Shown here piece by piece: positions 13,823 through 26,694 of a DNA stretch of 64,000 nt (position 1 is the stretch's first letter; the number at the start of each line of letters is the position of its first letter). This DNA is from Carcharhinus longimanus (lineage: Eukaryota). A program made the position numbers and the translations under genes. The notes under the pieces are model-generated. The model did no database searches, had not been told where the DNA came from, and was given only the letters and a program-made list of their open reading frames with translations. The stretch spans positions 103,193,352-103,257,351 of the forward strand of contig JASCQW010000162.1 in NCBI GenBank assembly GCA_030264375.1, in the 5' to 3' direction.

Positions 13823-14574
13823 ATTCAACTTGTTGGAAGTTAACAGGGAAGAGAGAATTAGTGAATATATAATGGAAGATAATGACAAACAAGTTTATTT
13901 TCACAAGTGGGAAAGATCTGGAGACAAAGCTTCTCCTTCAAAGTACCACTGGGGAGTGCAGTATGGAAGCCCAAAACTTAACCATATTGGCTGGACCACT
14001 TCTGGTATGGAGAGCATTTAGTGTAAGGGGAATCAGCAGCATGTAAGTTGGCGAATTATAACACCGCTCAACATCTGACACTGATTTAGCATCAGACTTG
14101 CCATTTTAGACTTTGTATATCCTATGGATGTCCATTCAAAATCAGATGCATCGAGCTGCATGAGGGAATATGCCCCACCCCAACTACTAACATTATTCAA
14201 AGGAATCCCCATGGGACTTCCAGGTGATGTGCTCTTGACTTTCTTATGCTGCTACAGAGTTATGGGAGGTTAAAAAAAAAGCAAAGAGAAAAACATTTAA
14301 TTAACACTTTTACAGAGAATAAAGTGTGTTTGAGGTAGTCACATATAATGTAGTAGTTGACAGATGTTTTGGATTCACTAGAATGTGATGCTGACTTTGT
14401 CAAGGACATCAAGTCTCGGAAGATCTGCAGGAAAAAGTCTACTTTCAATATATTTATGACTACGACTATTGTTGCAATTCCTCTTGGGCTGCAGCATAAA
14501 TTGGAGGTGGAACATGGGCAGCAGAGAGGGGCAGCTGTGCGCAGGGAGAACTCTTAATAGAAAACTATTCCATC

Positions 14575-15960
14575 AAATCATAAAATGAAGGAACAAAAGA
14601 AGGCCGTTCAGCGTATTGAGTCTGCTCCGCTATTTGATGAGATCATGGCTGATTTGATACCATCTTCAACTCCACTTCCCTGCCTTATCCCCATTGCCCT
14701 CAATTCCCTTATTGATTAAAAATGTCTACAACTTAGCCTTGAACATAGTTAATGACCCAGCCTCCACAGCTCTCTGTGGTAATGAATTCCAGAGAGGTAA
14801 TACGCTCTGCAGCTCTGTTTTAAATGGGTGACCTCTTTATACTGAGATTATGCCTTCTGGTCCTAGACTGTCCCAGCAGAGGGACATCCTGTCAGCATCT
14901 ACCCTGTCAAGTCCCTTGCGAATCCTGTACGTCTTAATAAGATCATCTCTCATTCTTCTTAACTCCAATGGGTACAGGTCCAACCCACTTAATGTCTCCT
15001 CACGAGGAAATCACATTAGATCCGGGGTCAACCTAGTGAACTTTCTTTGGACTTCCTCCAATGCCAGTTTATCTTTCCTTAGATAAGTTGATCAAAACTG
15101 TTCACAATATTCCAGATGTGGTGTGTTTTGAGCAAGACTTCCCTATTTTTATACTCCATTCCTTTTGAAATAAAGGTCAGCACTGCATTTGCCTTCCCAA
15201 TTATCTGCTGAACTTACATGATAGCTTTTTGTGATTTATGCAGGAGGATCCCCAAATCCCTTAGTGCTGAATTTTTCTGCAGTCTTTCTTCACTTAAATA
15301 ATACTCAGCTCCTTCATTCTTCCTAGTAATGTGCACAACTTCACATTTTCCTACATTATATTCTATCTGCCAAGTTTTTGCCGATTTGCTTACCCTGTCT
15401 CTTTCCCTCTGCAGACTCTGAGTGGAATTTTCCTGTCCTGCCCGCAACAGGAACCATAGTGGGTGGGGAGCAGACCATGCAAAGGTTTATTGACCTCGAG
15501 TGGGATTTTCTGGTCTTGGGCGAGCGTGGCCAGAATATCCCATCTTTTGTTTCATCCTCACTTTTTGTCTTCCTAGCTATTTTTGAGTCATCTGCAAACT
15601 TGGCAATAGTGCATTCACTTCTCTTGTATATTGTAAATAATTGCGACTCTAGCACGAATCCTTGTAGCACTTCACTAGTTACAGATTGCCATCCTGAAAA
15701 TGCATCCCTTATTCCAAGTTTCTGTCATCTATTAGTTAGTCAATCTTCTATCCTTGCTAATATACTACCCTACCGCCATGGGGTCTTATTTGATTAATTG
15801 CCTTCTGTCCGATATCAAATACTTTTTTGAAATCCAAATTTATTACAGCTACTGGTTCCCCTTTATCTATCAGCTCATTACCACTTCAAAGAATTCTAAT
15901 AAATTTGTCAGGCATGATTTTCCCTTCATGAAGCCATGCTGACTCTGCTTGATTATGTTG
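14575..15960 (-). mobile_element. CR1/HER1-type LINE, RT to 3' end, with a nested MITE-like insert at about 15420-15541
   Basis: Minus-strand peptides QHGFMKGKSCLTNLLEFFE, IAKFADDSKI and WQIEYNVGKCEVVH; CR1 3' tail near 14580-14650. Confidence 0.9.
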
Positions 15961-16299
15961 TGCATTTCGGTCCAGCAAGTCTGCATTGACCCTCCGAAAG
16001 AACATCCTAAAACTGTAACTCCACACATGGTCAATTCACCTTTTCTGCTCATCTTTGGACTCTGGGGGGAAACCAGAGCACCCAGAGGAAACCCATACAA
16101 GGAGACACAATCATCTAAGGCTGGAATCAGACCTGGGCCCCTGGCGTTATGATTTCTAGATAAAATATGTAAAAACAGTCTGTATGCTGTTTGCATTGCT
16201 ATTTCCAGCAAAACTGGAAAATTTATTTTAGGAAGATTTAGATTCTTCTGGGGCAATAATGCTACCCGATTTTTCCAAATGGTTTTACACCAGAGTCAG

Positions 16300-17085
16300 G
16301 ATTGCCTGGTGGCAATAGTCTTTTAAGATATCTTGAATTACTCACATTACAACCTCTTCAGCTGGTTAAGGGTTTCCCATTTCCTTATCCCAGTTACCAC
16401 TGTTATGGAGCTCTATGTGTACAGTGGTAGATACACCAGCACCATGTCTTATGTGTGCTTGATGCACCTTTGTGCCCTGCATTCTCTCGCCTTCTTTGGT
16501 TGGCACTCCTGTCTCACCATCGGCAATCACTGGCCACCCTGGTGCCCTTCCATTTCCAAGTTCTCCTCCTTCCTGGGGTAGCTTGTGGGGATACAGTGCT
16601 CTCAACTGGTCTTAGCCCTCTCTTTGTGCCAACTTCTCATGATGTCACAAGAATGTTAGTTCTCCCATGGAGCCAAGCACAGCACCTATGGTGGTTACAG
16701 CTCCATGGTTGAAAATGGAGGTACATGAACGTCACTTGTATGTAACCACTTTTGAAGAATCTTGTGGCTCTGGCAAAGATAGGTGGGCACCTCTCATCAA
16801 GATTTGCCTATGCCTCTAAAAGGATTGCTGCTGCCTCATTCTCCTTATCACAACTAGCTATTACTCCCACTCCAGTGACACATTCTCTTCTGATGCCACC
16901 TGCAAGACCATAAGAAGCGTGGAGTACTCAACTTGGCAGACTGAAAGTGATCATTGATGCAATTGTGACCATGTATCTATGCTTTGCCAGACAGGCTGTT
17001 CTCCCTCTTGCTTCTCAATCTAGAGAAGAACCTGAAGGAAGGCATCACTCAAGCATGGGTCCACGTGCGATCTTCTTTCTGCCAT
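16300..17085 (-). mobile_element. Decayed PIF/Harbinger-type Myb/SANT-like ORF remnant
   Basis: From the ATG at 17085: MAERRSHVDPCLSDAFLQVLL*, then a frameshifted TW.Q...NDHFQSAK segment. Resembles Myb-like ORFs of Harbinger elements (recall-based). Confidence 0.4.
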
Positions 17086-17355
17086 TCTTGTTGCAGGCTT
17101 CTGTTAGCTCCTTCTTGCAGGCAGCAATTGGGAATAAGACAAGAATGAATGGAGACAATAAGGAATCAGGGCTGGCAGCTGTTTAAACATGGCACTCGCA
17201 CCTGCTGTAACATCTGCAGACACTCACTTTAACACCTGGCCTCCAGCCTTGGGCCTACGGTTAGCACATATCCCTTTCATGAGTTAATTCATGAGCTGTC
17301 TTGAGATTACACAACAAGCAGAAAGAGTATCTGCTTCCAATGGTGCCACCAGGAC

Positions 17356-17762
17356 AAAGTCTGACAACTCCAGGTTTTAGTCCAACCGATTTATTTGATA
17401 ATAGACTCACAAGCTTTCGGGGTTAGTACCTTTGTAAGGTGAATGGAGAGTNNNNNNNNNNNNNNNNNNNNNNNNNNNNNNNNNNNNNNNNNNNNNNNNN
17501 NNNNNNNNNNNNNNNNNNNNNNNNNNNNNNNNNNNNNNNNNNNNNNNNNNNAGACTCACAAGCTTTCTGGGTTAGTCCCTTTGTCAGGTGAATGGAGAGT
17601 TCTGGCCTCAGACAGAGCATATAAAGGACAGACAGTTTAGAGATTGACAGAGCATAAAAGCTTGTGAGTCTATTATCAAATAAATCGGTTGGATTAAAAC
17701 CTGGTGTTGTCAGACATTTTACTGTGTTTACGCCAGTCCAACGCCGGCATACCCACATCATG
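17356..17762. mobile_element. Truncated Penelope-like element with inverted terminal segment and 11-bp TSD
   Basis: TSD GCCACCAGGAC at 17345-17355 and 17763-17773. 57-bp inverted repeat 17361-17417 vs 17657-17713 with 2 mismatches. Internal 100-N gap. Confidence 0.8.
17555..17591 (-). ncRNA. Degenerate minimal hammerhead ribozyme-like motif
   Basis: Minus strand reads ttcac-CTGACAA-agggactaaccca-GAAA-GCTT-gtgag. Stem I pairs (ttcac/gtgag); the core G8 is changed to A. Confidence 0.45.
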
Positions 17763-18790
17763 GCCACCAGGACCTCCAGCCTTAAAATCAAATCCAACCC
17801 TATACGGCAGTTAGCTTAACACCTGGCATTGGGAAAATTCTGGAACCCTTATCAAGAAAGTAATAGCAGAACCTTTAGAAAATCATGATACAGTTTAGTA
17901 TAGACACCATGGTTTTATGAAAGGGAAATTGTATATTTAAATTTCCAAAAGGTATTTAATAAGATGCCACATAACAGAGTTACGACACAAAATACAATTC
18001 TAGGTTAATATATCAGCATTGATACAGGATTGACTCACTAACAGAGAAAAGCGAGTCGAAATAGCCACCCCAGCATGAACAGCAGCACTGGCTGTTATCA
18101 AGCACGTCAGCATGGCTTTGTGAATTTTTATGCTGTAGAACAGAGTGCAGGTGCTGATGATAAAGGTTGGGTAAAACAGCATTTCATGAGATTGAAGTAA
18201 AGGGCTGCAGCTTGGAATTGGTACATGGTCAGTAGGGTGGTCTGCATCCTAATATTCATTTTCCTTTTCCTGGAACTACATTCAGAGCCACTGGTGCCTT
18301 TTCCACTTTGCAAAATATTCCACACACCCCCGTCCCCATCCCCAATCCCGCTGTTTATGATCCTGATTCTCTCCTTATTATGTTCTTTTATTTTGTACAG
18401 TGATCACTTCTGTCATTTAATCATCTCCTGCGCTCTACCCAATTGCAGCCCCTTCCTTAGTTGTCCTGTTCTCTTTTCATTCTGTTCTTTCTTATGAACT
18501 GTTCATCTGTAACAATTCCTGGTTCTGATGATAAATTATTGACCTGATGCTACTGAGAATTTCCTGCATTTTCTGTTTTTATTCTGCAATTCAAGCATCT
18601 GCAGTGGTTTGATTTTTTTTTGCTGACTTTTTGGATAAGGTCACAAGCAGGAGAAATTTCCATCCTGGACTTGCTGGAACAAGCTAATCTACAATGTATT
18701 GTAGAGGAAATGTATTGCTTTTAACCATCAAAGTCGATATCTCTAGCAGAATCATAACAGCATCATCTGCAGGTCCATCAAAACCCATAC

Positions 18791-18796
18791 TTTATT
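18791..18796 (-). terminator. Candidate distal polyadenylation signal AATAAA
   Basis: tttatt on the + strand at the end of the AU-rich block, followed on the minus strand by GT-rich sequence. Confidence 0.45.
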
Positions 18797-20547
18797 TCAT
18801 GGATAGCAATACAATTTACATATTAAATAACACTAAATAGAACAATTTAATATAGTTTCCAACAGAACAAAGCAGATTTTTTCAAGTTACAGAACACCAC
18901 ATTTTCAAATGGGTCATGAGACAAACTTATTCAGCAACTGCCTAGATCTATTCCTATTGCACACACCGACAATATAGTTGAAAATACCTGCAACTTTGAC
19001 AACCACTGCCCCCAAGAAGTAATATATGTTCAATGCCTTTGAAATGTGATGACACAGTATTATGTTACTACCTCAATGCACATACAGCTTTCCACATAGC
19101 CACCACAAAACTATGAAGGAGTTGAGACTAGAAAAAAATTAGCTTTATATGAAAATATAAAATTCTGAGATTATATACTGTAGATACAAAGTCCCCATAG
19201 AATGCCTGTTTAAGCAACAAAATATTTACAGTTTGATTGTATCTGCTACCCTAAAGAATGAATAAAGGAGGTTATGGTTTTCAAAACATGATATTTGAAC
19301 TACCAATTTTTTTGCCTAAAATGCTGAAACAAAATTATTTCGAACACCACTACCCCAAATGTTGGAGAAACATGAGGTTTTTAAAAAAATTCAAAAATCT
19401 CCCCTTTGTTGAGAAAAGGTTTTTTTTTCTTTTTTACACTTTTTTCCTGAAAACAGCTCAAGCGTTTTAATTCCCAAAAAGTCTGATTCATGTTTGCCTC
19501 ATCAAATGATTATCTTGTATAGAAAATGTCTCCCACTTTGTGAAAATATCTCTTTTTTTTTTAAAACAAACATTTTGAAACTTTTGTTTTTCACTTCCAG
19601 GCAGCAGTTTTTTTTAAGATGCCATGTCAGAGAGAAGCCCAATGGCATTATCGGACTAGTACTGCTATGACCTTTCCACCATGAGAACATAGCCACATCT
19701 GCAGATAATTAACCGAATATCACACATGACTTCTATGTACAAATATGGGTCACCTTTAAAAAGAGAAACATACAATTTTGAATTGCAATTTAGGTATGTA
19801 TGTCTATATGAACAGTTTATTCAGTATGTAGAATTGTCATTTCATAAAATTAAATATGAACTGGCACCTTGATAACATTAACATTCATTATATTGAGTCA
19901 CTTATTGAATCTGCAAACTAAAAAAATTGACCCTGGACTAAAGAGACAGTTTAAAAATAATTAATAAGACAATTAAAACCATATTTTTGAAAAGAAACAC
20001 TCCTACATTCTGCTGAGAACTACTTTATATCTTTGGTAAGTTAATAAATTCTTCTCCATTGTCATTTAAAAAAATGTTTCAAGTTGTAATATCTTCAAAA
20101 GACTGATTATTGACAAGGCAAATATGCTACATTATTGGTGCGGCTCACACAAATTGTTATCAAATGCAGCCTCATTTTGGACCTACACAACCCACTGTGC
20201 AAATGTGTCAATCTGCTTTTTTTGTGCATCAGGTCTTACGTCCTGCAACACAAAACTGATTCTGAGGGCAGAATTTAATGGGACCATCGGGTGTGGTAAT
20301 TGTGATGCTCTTCATCAGGCAGGAGCAGAAACCTCAGCTTCCTGACAGCGGGTTGAGTTTAAAGGATTAAGTTGCTGGTGTCTCAGCAGCAGTTACGGAC
20401 TCACCGTGTCCAATCGCGCAAACCTCTTTTCCCCATACTTGCACACCATGAATATTCATTAAATCACAACTTCTCCAAATGATGTCAAACCTTGAAGATA
20501 ACTCAGCGGAAAATAGGAAACTTGTGCCACCTGATTTAAACATAGAG

Positions 20548-20724
20548 TAAAATAGAAACCCTACAGTGCAGAAGGAGGCTATTTAGTCCATCAAGATTAC
20601 ACTAACTCTCCCATCAAGGCATCCCACCCAGGCCCTATCCCCATAACCCCACATATTCACCCCATTAATCCCCAAGCCTACGCATCTTAGGACACTAAGC
20701 ATCAATTTAGCATAGCCAGAATCA
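20548..20724 (-). mobile_element. HE1-like SINE 3' part inside the putative 3' UTR, running into a gap
   Basis: ccctacagtgcagaaggaggc...caatttagcat is the reverse complement of the tail seen at 61500-61660. Confidence 0.7.
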
Positions 20725-21507
20725 NNNNNNNNNNNNNNNNNNNNNNNNNNNNNNNNNNNNNNNNNNNNNNNNNNNNNNNNNNNNNNNNNNNNNNNNNNNN
20801 NNNNNNNNNNNNNNNNNNNNNNNNNNNNNNNNNNNNNNNNNNNNNNNNNNNNNNNNNNNNNNNNNNNNNNNNNNNNNNNNNNNNNNNNNNNNNNNNNNNN
20901 NNNNNNNNNNNNNNNNNNNNNNNNNNNNNNNNNNNNNNNNNNNNNNNNNNNNNNNNNNNNNNNNNNNNNNNNNNNNNNNNNNNNNNNNNNNNNNNNNNNN
21001 NNNNNNNNNNNNNNNNNNNNNNNNNNNNNNNNNNNNNNNNNNNNNNNNNNNNNNNNNNNNNNNNNNNNNNNNNNNNNNNNNNNNNNNNNNNNNNNNNNNN
21101 NNNNNNNNNTGCTCTGAGCTGCAATGTAATTATCTCACGGCAGGTTTGGTCACTTCCTGCCCAAAACTACGTCATTATTTCTCATCCCCCAAGGTGACTA
21201 TGGCCCATCAATTAAATTTAACATTAAATTCTGTGTGCACACTTCACTTCTGCACCTTGCAGATTAAATTCCACCCCCAATCCCCGAGTATTCATATTAA
21301 TCCTTCAAAAATAATCATGTCCCACATTCTTACAAACAAGATGACTGCTTCCCTTACTAAGGTATTTACGTCTTTTCTGCCATATACAAAATCAACAATT
21401 TCTCCACACATCCCATTTGCAGCACAAATATATAAAAGTTCAAAAATGATAAATTGATAACTGTGTCCATACACCTGGCCTACACTGAACCATTTTGTAG
21501 TAAGAGT

Positions 21508-21513
21508 TTTATT
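21508..21513 (-). terminator. Candidate proximal polyadenylation signal AATAAA
   Basis: tttatt on the + strand about 580 nt after the stop codon. Confidence 0.35.
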
Positions 21514-22088
21514 TTTTTGAATGTTTATACTCTGATCACTGGAATGTAGGAGGTTATATCACTGGTATTTTACAGAACTTGCCAGGTTCAAATGATGTAT
21601 AACTTAAAAGTAAATTCAATAATACACCACAATCTGCATAATAAAAAAACTTTCCAAACTGGATAACAACTAAAACGTAGAATGGTTTTGTTTGCAAAAT
21701 TACCTTAAAGCTGTCTCCAGACACAAGTTCTGTCTTCCTATGAAGGACAAGTTAAGGAGGATCATGGACAGAATCTTTTCATGGATTTCTGGGAAATTAC
21801 AGATTCTGTACTTGGTTTGTTTTTTTACAGGCAGTAACACTGATCAGANNNNNNNNNNAGTGCAAACTAGAACAAATTGTGTTTTCATCTTGTGAAAATA
21901 AGAGATGCAAATGCTCAGCAGGATAACAATAAGACTCAGAATGGCTAAAACAAACATCAAAAACTCTCATCACTGTAAAATGTACAGTCAGGTTATCGTT
22001 AAACTTGGAACCTGGCAAAAAAGGCCTCAGACGTTCATTCAGTCCTTTGAAGTTTTCAAATGAAGTTCCATTTGCAAAAAGTTTCAAT

Positions 22089-22235
22089 TTACACAAGAGA
22101 TTCCATGCTTTCTGCTGGGTCTGATTCTTCGGTGATAATTATGGTGCCGTTTTTGTCAAATGACGAAGGGCCATTTCCATTCTCTTTTGTGCTGATTAGG
22201 CTGAGCATTGCTTTATAAAGGAACTGATACTGCTC
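22089..22235 (-). CDS. PTPRG: PTPRG terminal coding exon ([48 protein letters not shown]-stop)
   Basis: Manual translation. ctttccacag acceptor, TAA at 22091-22089. The [10 protein letters not shown] end matches PTPRG and is a class I PDZ-binding motif. Confidence 0.96.
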   Translation of the reverse strand, partial: EQYQFLYKAMLSLISTKENGNGPSSFDKNGTIIITEESDPAESMESLV

Positions 22236-22330
22236 CTGTGGAAAGACAGACAAAAAAGTATTAGATTAGGAAAAACCCAATTATTTATGCATTTTACTAC
22301 TTATTCATCACTTAAAATTGCATGGAACCT

Positions 22331-22572
22331 CTGCTGCCTCTCAGAGCCAGGGACCCGGGTTCAATTCCTGGTTTGGGTATCTGTCCGTGTGGAGTTTCTT
22401 CCAGACGCTCTGGTTTCCTCCTATAGTCTGAAAGACATGCTGGTTAGGTGCACTGGCCATGCTAAATTTTCCCTCAGTGTACCTGAAAGGTGCCAAAGTG
22501 TGGAGACTAGAGGATTTTCACAGTAACTTCATTGCAGTGTTAATGTAAGCCTTTTTGTGACAATAATAAATT
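22331..22572 (+). mobile_element. HE1/V-SINE-like SINE, alternative tail
   Basis: gggacccgggttcaattcc head; ends cagtaacttcattgcagtgttaatgtaagcc...gtgacaataataaa. Confidence 0.85.
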
Positions 22573-22894
22573 TAAAAAAACCTTCAAGGCTATAACCTTT
22601 GCAATATTGTGCCATTTTAAAATGGGATGGTCAATACTTCAGACTGATGCCGTTTGCAGCTCATCAGAAGATAGAATCAGTGAAATAGAATTATTCCAAT
22701 ATATGCCTGTGGCATATATGAAGTACTAGAAGGCCATATAATACCAGACATTGCTTTTCTTAATGTTTTGGAATTATTGTTGCGTGCATCTGCATGTAAG
22801 ACATAGACAGTACAGCTTCTTGGGACTAATTAATGATTATGGACATCAATGTAAAATAACATAATCTTTTTATTTTTCATAACCAAGTACTTAC

Positions 22895-23030
22895 AACATC
22901 TGTAAAAACACCTGGCCTCATCAGGTTGATCATCTTTGCAACCTGATAGACATCCACAGCAGATTCACACTCCAACTGCTGTGACAGAGTGGTAAGGCCA
23001 CAGAACAGTCCAGCAGAGACACCGCCAAAC
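22895..23030 (-). CDS. PTPRG: PTPRG coding exon, D2 ((E)[45 protein letters not shown])
   Basis: Manual translation. 136 nt, phase 2-0, tgcag acceptor, gtaagt donor. Confidence 0.96.
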
Positions 23031-23790
23031 CTGCACAACATAAAATGAGGTCAAATGTCCACCTAAATTATTAAGAAGTCATCTCTTCATACATATTTTC
23101 TTTTTCTTGCAATATATCTCAAATCATTCATTTAAAATGTCATTTTCGTATGCCCTGGATCACTCTTAATGATTGTCTTCAATCACATTCATTATTAACA
23201 TGAATAAATAGAAACTCTGGAATGTCTACACAATAGTAAGATAATAATCTTTCATAACCCAGAAACTAATTAAACATAAGTTAATTTTACAGTCAAAGTT
23301 TATTAGTGTTCATTGTATCCTAGGCTATCCTTTTGCCATCAGTTGATGAATCTTTCCTTTATAAGCGCAGTTGTAACCAGAATTAAATGAAGGCAGCATA
23401 TGTCACCGGATAACTAATGGCACTTGCTATGGAGCAATGGGGTAACACAGACATTCATAAAAATGACAAAGTACTCTAGGTAAACAACATGTTTTCCAAC
23501 TCTACTGAGCAGTGCTTGCAGGAAATGGATAAGACATGACCATTTATTTTATTATTCCAGATGTCTTTGTTTTAACTATTTCTTAGGAATTCCAAAAGAT
23601 TGAAAGCAAGAAAATGCTTGCTTCACTTGACGTTGGACTCTATGAAAATACTTTCAAACCAACATTTGGCTTACAGGGAGAAATTTCCTATCAGGAAATC
23701 TGTCACTCAACACCAATGTCAGCGGTTCCAAGACTAGGATGAAGAAAAACTAATTTAGCCCATCAGTCTCTATTCCTCTAGCAAACCAAG

Positions 23791-24066
23791 TGGGGTGGCA
23801 CAATAGCACAGTGGTTAGCACTGCTGCCTCATAGTGCCAGTGACTTGGGTTCGATTCCAGCTTGGGTCACTGTGTGGTGTTTGCATGTTCTCCCCATGTC
23901 TGCGTGGGTTTCCTCTGGGTGATCCAGTTTCCTCCAACATTCTAAAAGACGTGCTGGTTAGATGCATTGACCCGAAGAGGCACCTGAATGTGACGACTAG
24001 GGGAATTTCACAGTAACTTCATTGCAGTGTTAATGTAAGACTTACTTGTGGCTAACAAATAAACTT
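23791..24066 (+). mobile_element. HE1/V-SINE-like SINE, alternative tail
   Basis: Full head (gcacagtggttagcactgctgcctca, GGTTCGATTCC) and the same tail as 22331. Confidence 0.9.
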
Positions 24067-25374
24067 CAACTAACAGCCTTCCAGACAGACCATTCTATCC
24101 TGCTGACTGAAACAGTTTGAGAGTGGAAGTCACTAATGGCAGATGCTGGGAAGATTTCCGTTTATTTAAAAAACATACAAAGTGCCTTGTGCCATTGAAA
24201 TCTGATAGAACACTTAACCCAGATGAAGTACAAATGGCATGTTCGACTGCCATGTTGGTGCACATTTTTTGTCAGCAAAGCTTCACTTATAGATGACCAA
24301 TTAATCTGTCAAGTTGAGTGGAAAATGTTGAGAAGGGCATATTTCTACATCAGACCATTTACAAATTAGCATGTATGCCAATGCCGTATTTCTTCAGTCT
24401 TGCATGCAAAAGTCAGTCTAATTTATGTGCTCAAGTCCCAGTGTGGTATGGTGTTCACGGCAGTCTGAGGACTATTCATTGAACCAAAGTCAACTGACTG
24501 CTTATGGTTTCTTCTATACATGATGGAAGAGGGGGAAAAAAGTCAAACTACTTCTGGTTGCAACCAGTTATGCCTGAAAATTCTATGGAGAGTCTTCCAG
24601 TCTCTCAACATAACTGGCACTGTGACTTCAGCCGTCAACAGAAAATTCAGCTGCTTCTCTGATGTCTCCATCAATTTCCTGCTCAACTTACAGTGGGATA
24701 TCAGGAGCACCCTCATGAAATTTCAGAATCAAGTACTGGGCAGATTCAACACACATTTCAGGTGACAGTAAAAAGTATATTTCCTTCTATGGGCAACAGT
24801 TTTCTTTGGAATTACTCAATCTCATGTTGGCCATCCACATTTTCTTCCTAGCTGGAAACTGTTTATCCACCTTCAAGGGTTAATATTTGGCTGATGATTG
24901 GAAAGAAGCACCACTGTATGTTATTGGTGAGGAATTAGTATTAATTTGTAGTGGAAAATTCAGTAAGCTGCTGTGCCAGAATCTGTGCAATGTAGGTTAC
25001 TGAGGAGGATGTTAAAATGAGGGTGCAGGTCAGCTTGGATTACTTTGCCTACCTCCACATCACATTCATACTGTTATTGCAGACAGAAAGTATCTACAGA
25101 ACTCAGGATGCCAGTGACAATATAAATAATACTCCCTGCAAAATGAAGTGGTGATTCTATCAAACTAATGATTAATAATTACTAATCAGCTCAATGTTTT
25201 TGATTCTATGGAGATCAAGATAGCACATATGGTACATAAGTGGCCAGCTAAAGGGACACTGGAATAGCTATTAGTTTCACCTCCTAACTGGAGAATATGA
25301 ATCATGGGATGTGTGTTCACATGTGCAAGGATTATTAGGAATATAAAGTGAAACAAGAAGAAAAAAGTGCATAC

Positions 25375-25517
25375 TCATCGTGGACGATGGTGGGTCCATC
25401 TCTGGTCGAGGCCTCTTCTTTTAATACATTAATAAGTTCAAAAGTGCTGCTGAGAGGAGCATCTGGATTAGGCCATTTTGGACACTGGAAGTGACGTACT
25501 TCCAGAACATAGTCATC
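25375..25517 (-). CDS. PTPRG: PTPRG coding exon, D2 ([47 protein letters not shown])
   Basis: Manual translation. 143 nt, phase 0-2, tttttccttcag acceptor, gtatgc donor. Confidence 0.96.
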
Positions 25518-26391
25518 CTGAAGGAAAAACAGTTACACCTTTAGATTGTTCGCATACTACTCTCCTGTCTTATCAATTCCATTAATCTCCATGCAAAGAT
25601 CAATGAAACTGCTTGACAAAATGATTTATTTCCCACAGTCGAAATGGGTTATTCATAACTTACTTTTCATCTAGGCTATCCCCAGTCATTCTACAGATTT
25701 AAAAGGACTTCATTACTGAGAGTTGTACAGAGCAGCAACATTTTCTTCCAAGTATTTGGAGGCCACTTTTTCAACCTTTGCAAATATAAGACGTGCGAGA
25801 TAAATCTCACTACAGTGTCAGTTTAAAAGCTATTGCACGGAAAATGGTGCACAGCTCTTCTACTCCAAAACAAGAATGGTTTGCTAGGCAATAACGAATG
25901 CGGCATTTCTACAAACACATGCAGCTGTGCATAGTTTTCTAATACAGTGTTTTCTATTTGGGTTTATATCTGTGGTGGTGTCCAATATGACCCAGAGATT
26001 ATTTCAAATTCTGATCATTTTTTGCACATATAATTTCTCCCGGATGCTTGTTTTAAACTTCATTTTGAACAAAAAGCAAAATAGTGGACACGTGACACAT
26101 GAACAAAAAAGTGATGGAAACAGTCATCAGGACTGACAGGCCCATGCAGAGGATTAAGGAGATGGATGACCTGGGATCAGTGCCTCCGATGGGTCCAGGA
26201 GGCCTGCAAATTAGGTCTTCCTCCCATGCACAAGACCAGCCTGCGCAGCCAAAGGTCGTTTACCCCACTGTGGATAAAATACTAGTGGCACTGGGATGAG
26301 GTCCTTAATGGCATTTAATTAGCCACTTAAGGGCTCAATAGGTCCAAGAGTGGGCAGGAAGACTATCTGTGCCTCCCCCACTTCATTACAA

Positions 26392-26570
26392 GTCAAAGAT
26401 ATGTGGGTTAGGTGGATTGGTCACCCTAAATTGACCCGAGTGTCAGGGGGTAAGCAGGGTAGATATGTGGGGTTACAGGATTCGGGCCTGGATGGGATTG
26501 TGGTTGGTGCAGACATGATGGGGATCAAAAAGCCTCCTTCTGCACTGTAGGGGTTCTATTCTGTATGATT
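26392..26570 (+). mobile_element. HE1-like SINE 3' half with CR1-type tail
   Basis: Homologous to 61490..61660. Confidence 0.75.
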
Positions 26571-26694
26571 TTGAGGCTGGTGGTATCTGCATTTTGCTCT
26601 CTAGTTACAGTTCAAATATATTTTCTTTGGTTTGGTATTAGCAGTAAAGATCTTCTCCTGATAGTTGCCAAACCAGGAAGTGTATTACCATCAA

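Larger units (their letters stand above)
18770..22088 (-). other. PTPRG: Probable PTPRG 3' UTR (extent inferred)
   Basis: AU-rich, mostly repeat-poor stretch after the stop codon, with minus-strand AATAAA at 21508-21513, 19816-19821 and 18791-18796. No transcript evidence available. Confidence 0.55.

Noticed and set aside
1-18700. Exons of the gene downstream of PTPRG in human (C3orf14/CEP15)
   Set aside because: No recognisable peptide found by eye. It may lie outside the window, in a gap or be too diverged; tblastn would decide.
23791-23865. tRNA-like A/B boxes here and at other SINE heads
   Set aside because: They continue into SINE bodies and lack a complete cloverleaf, so they are not tRNA genes.
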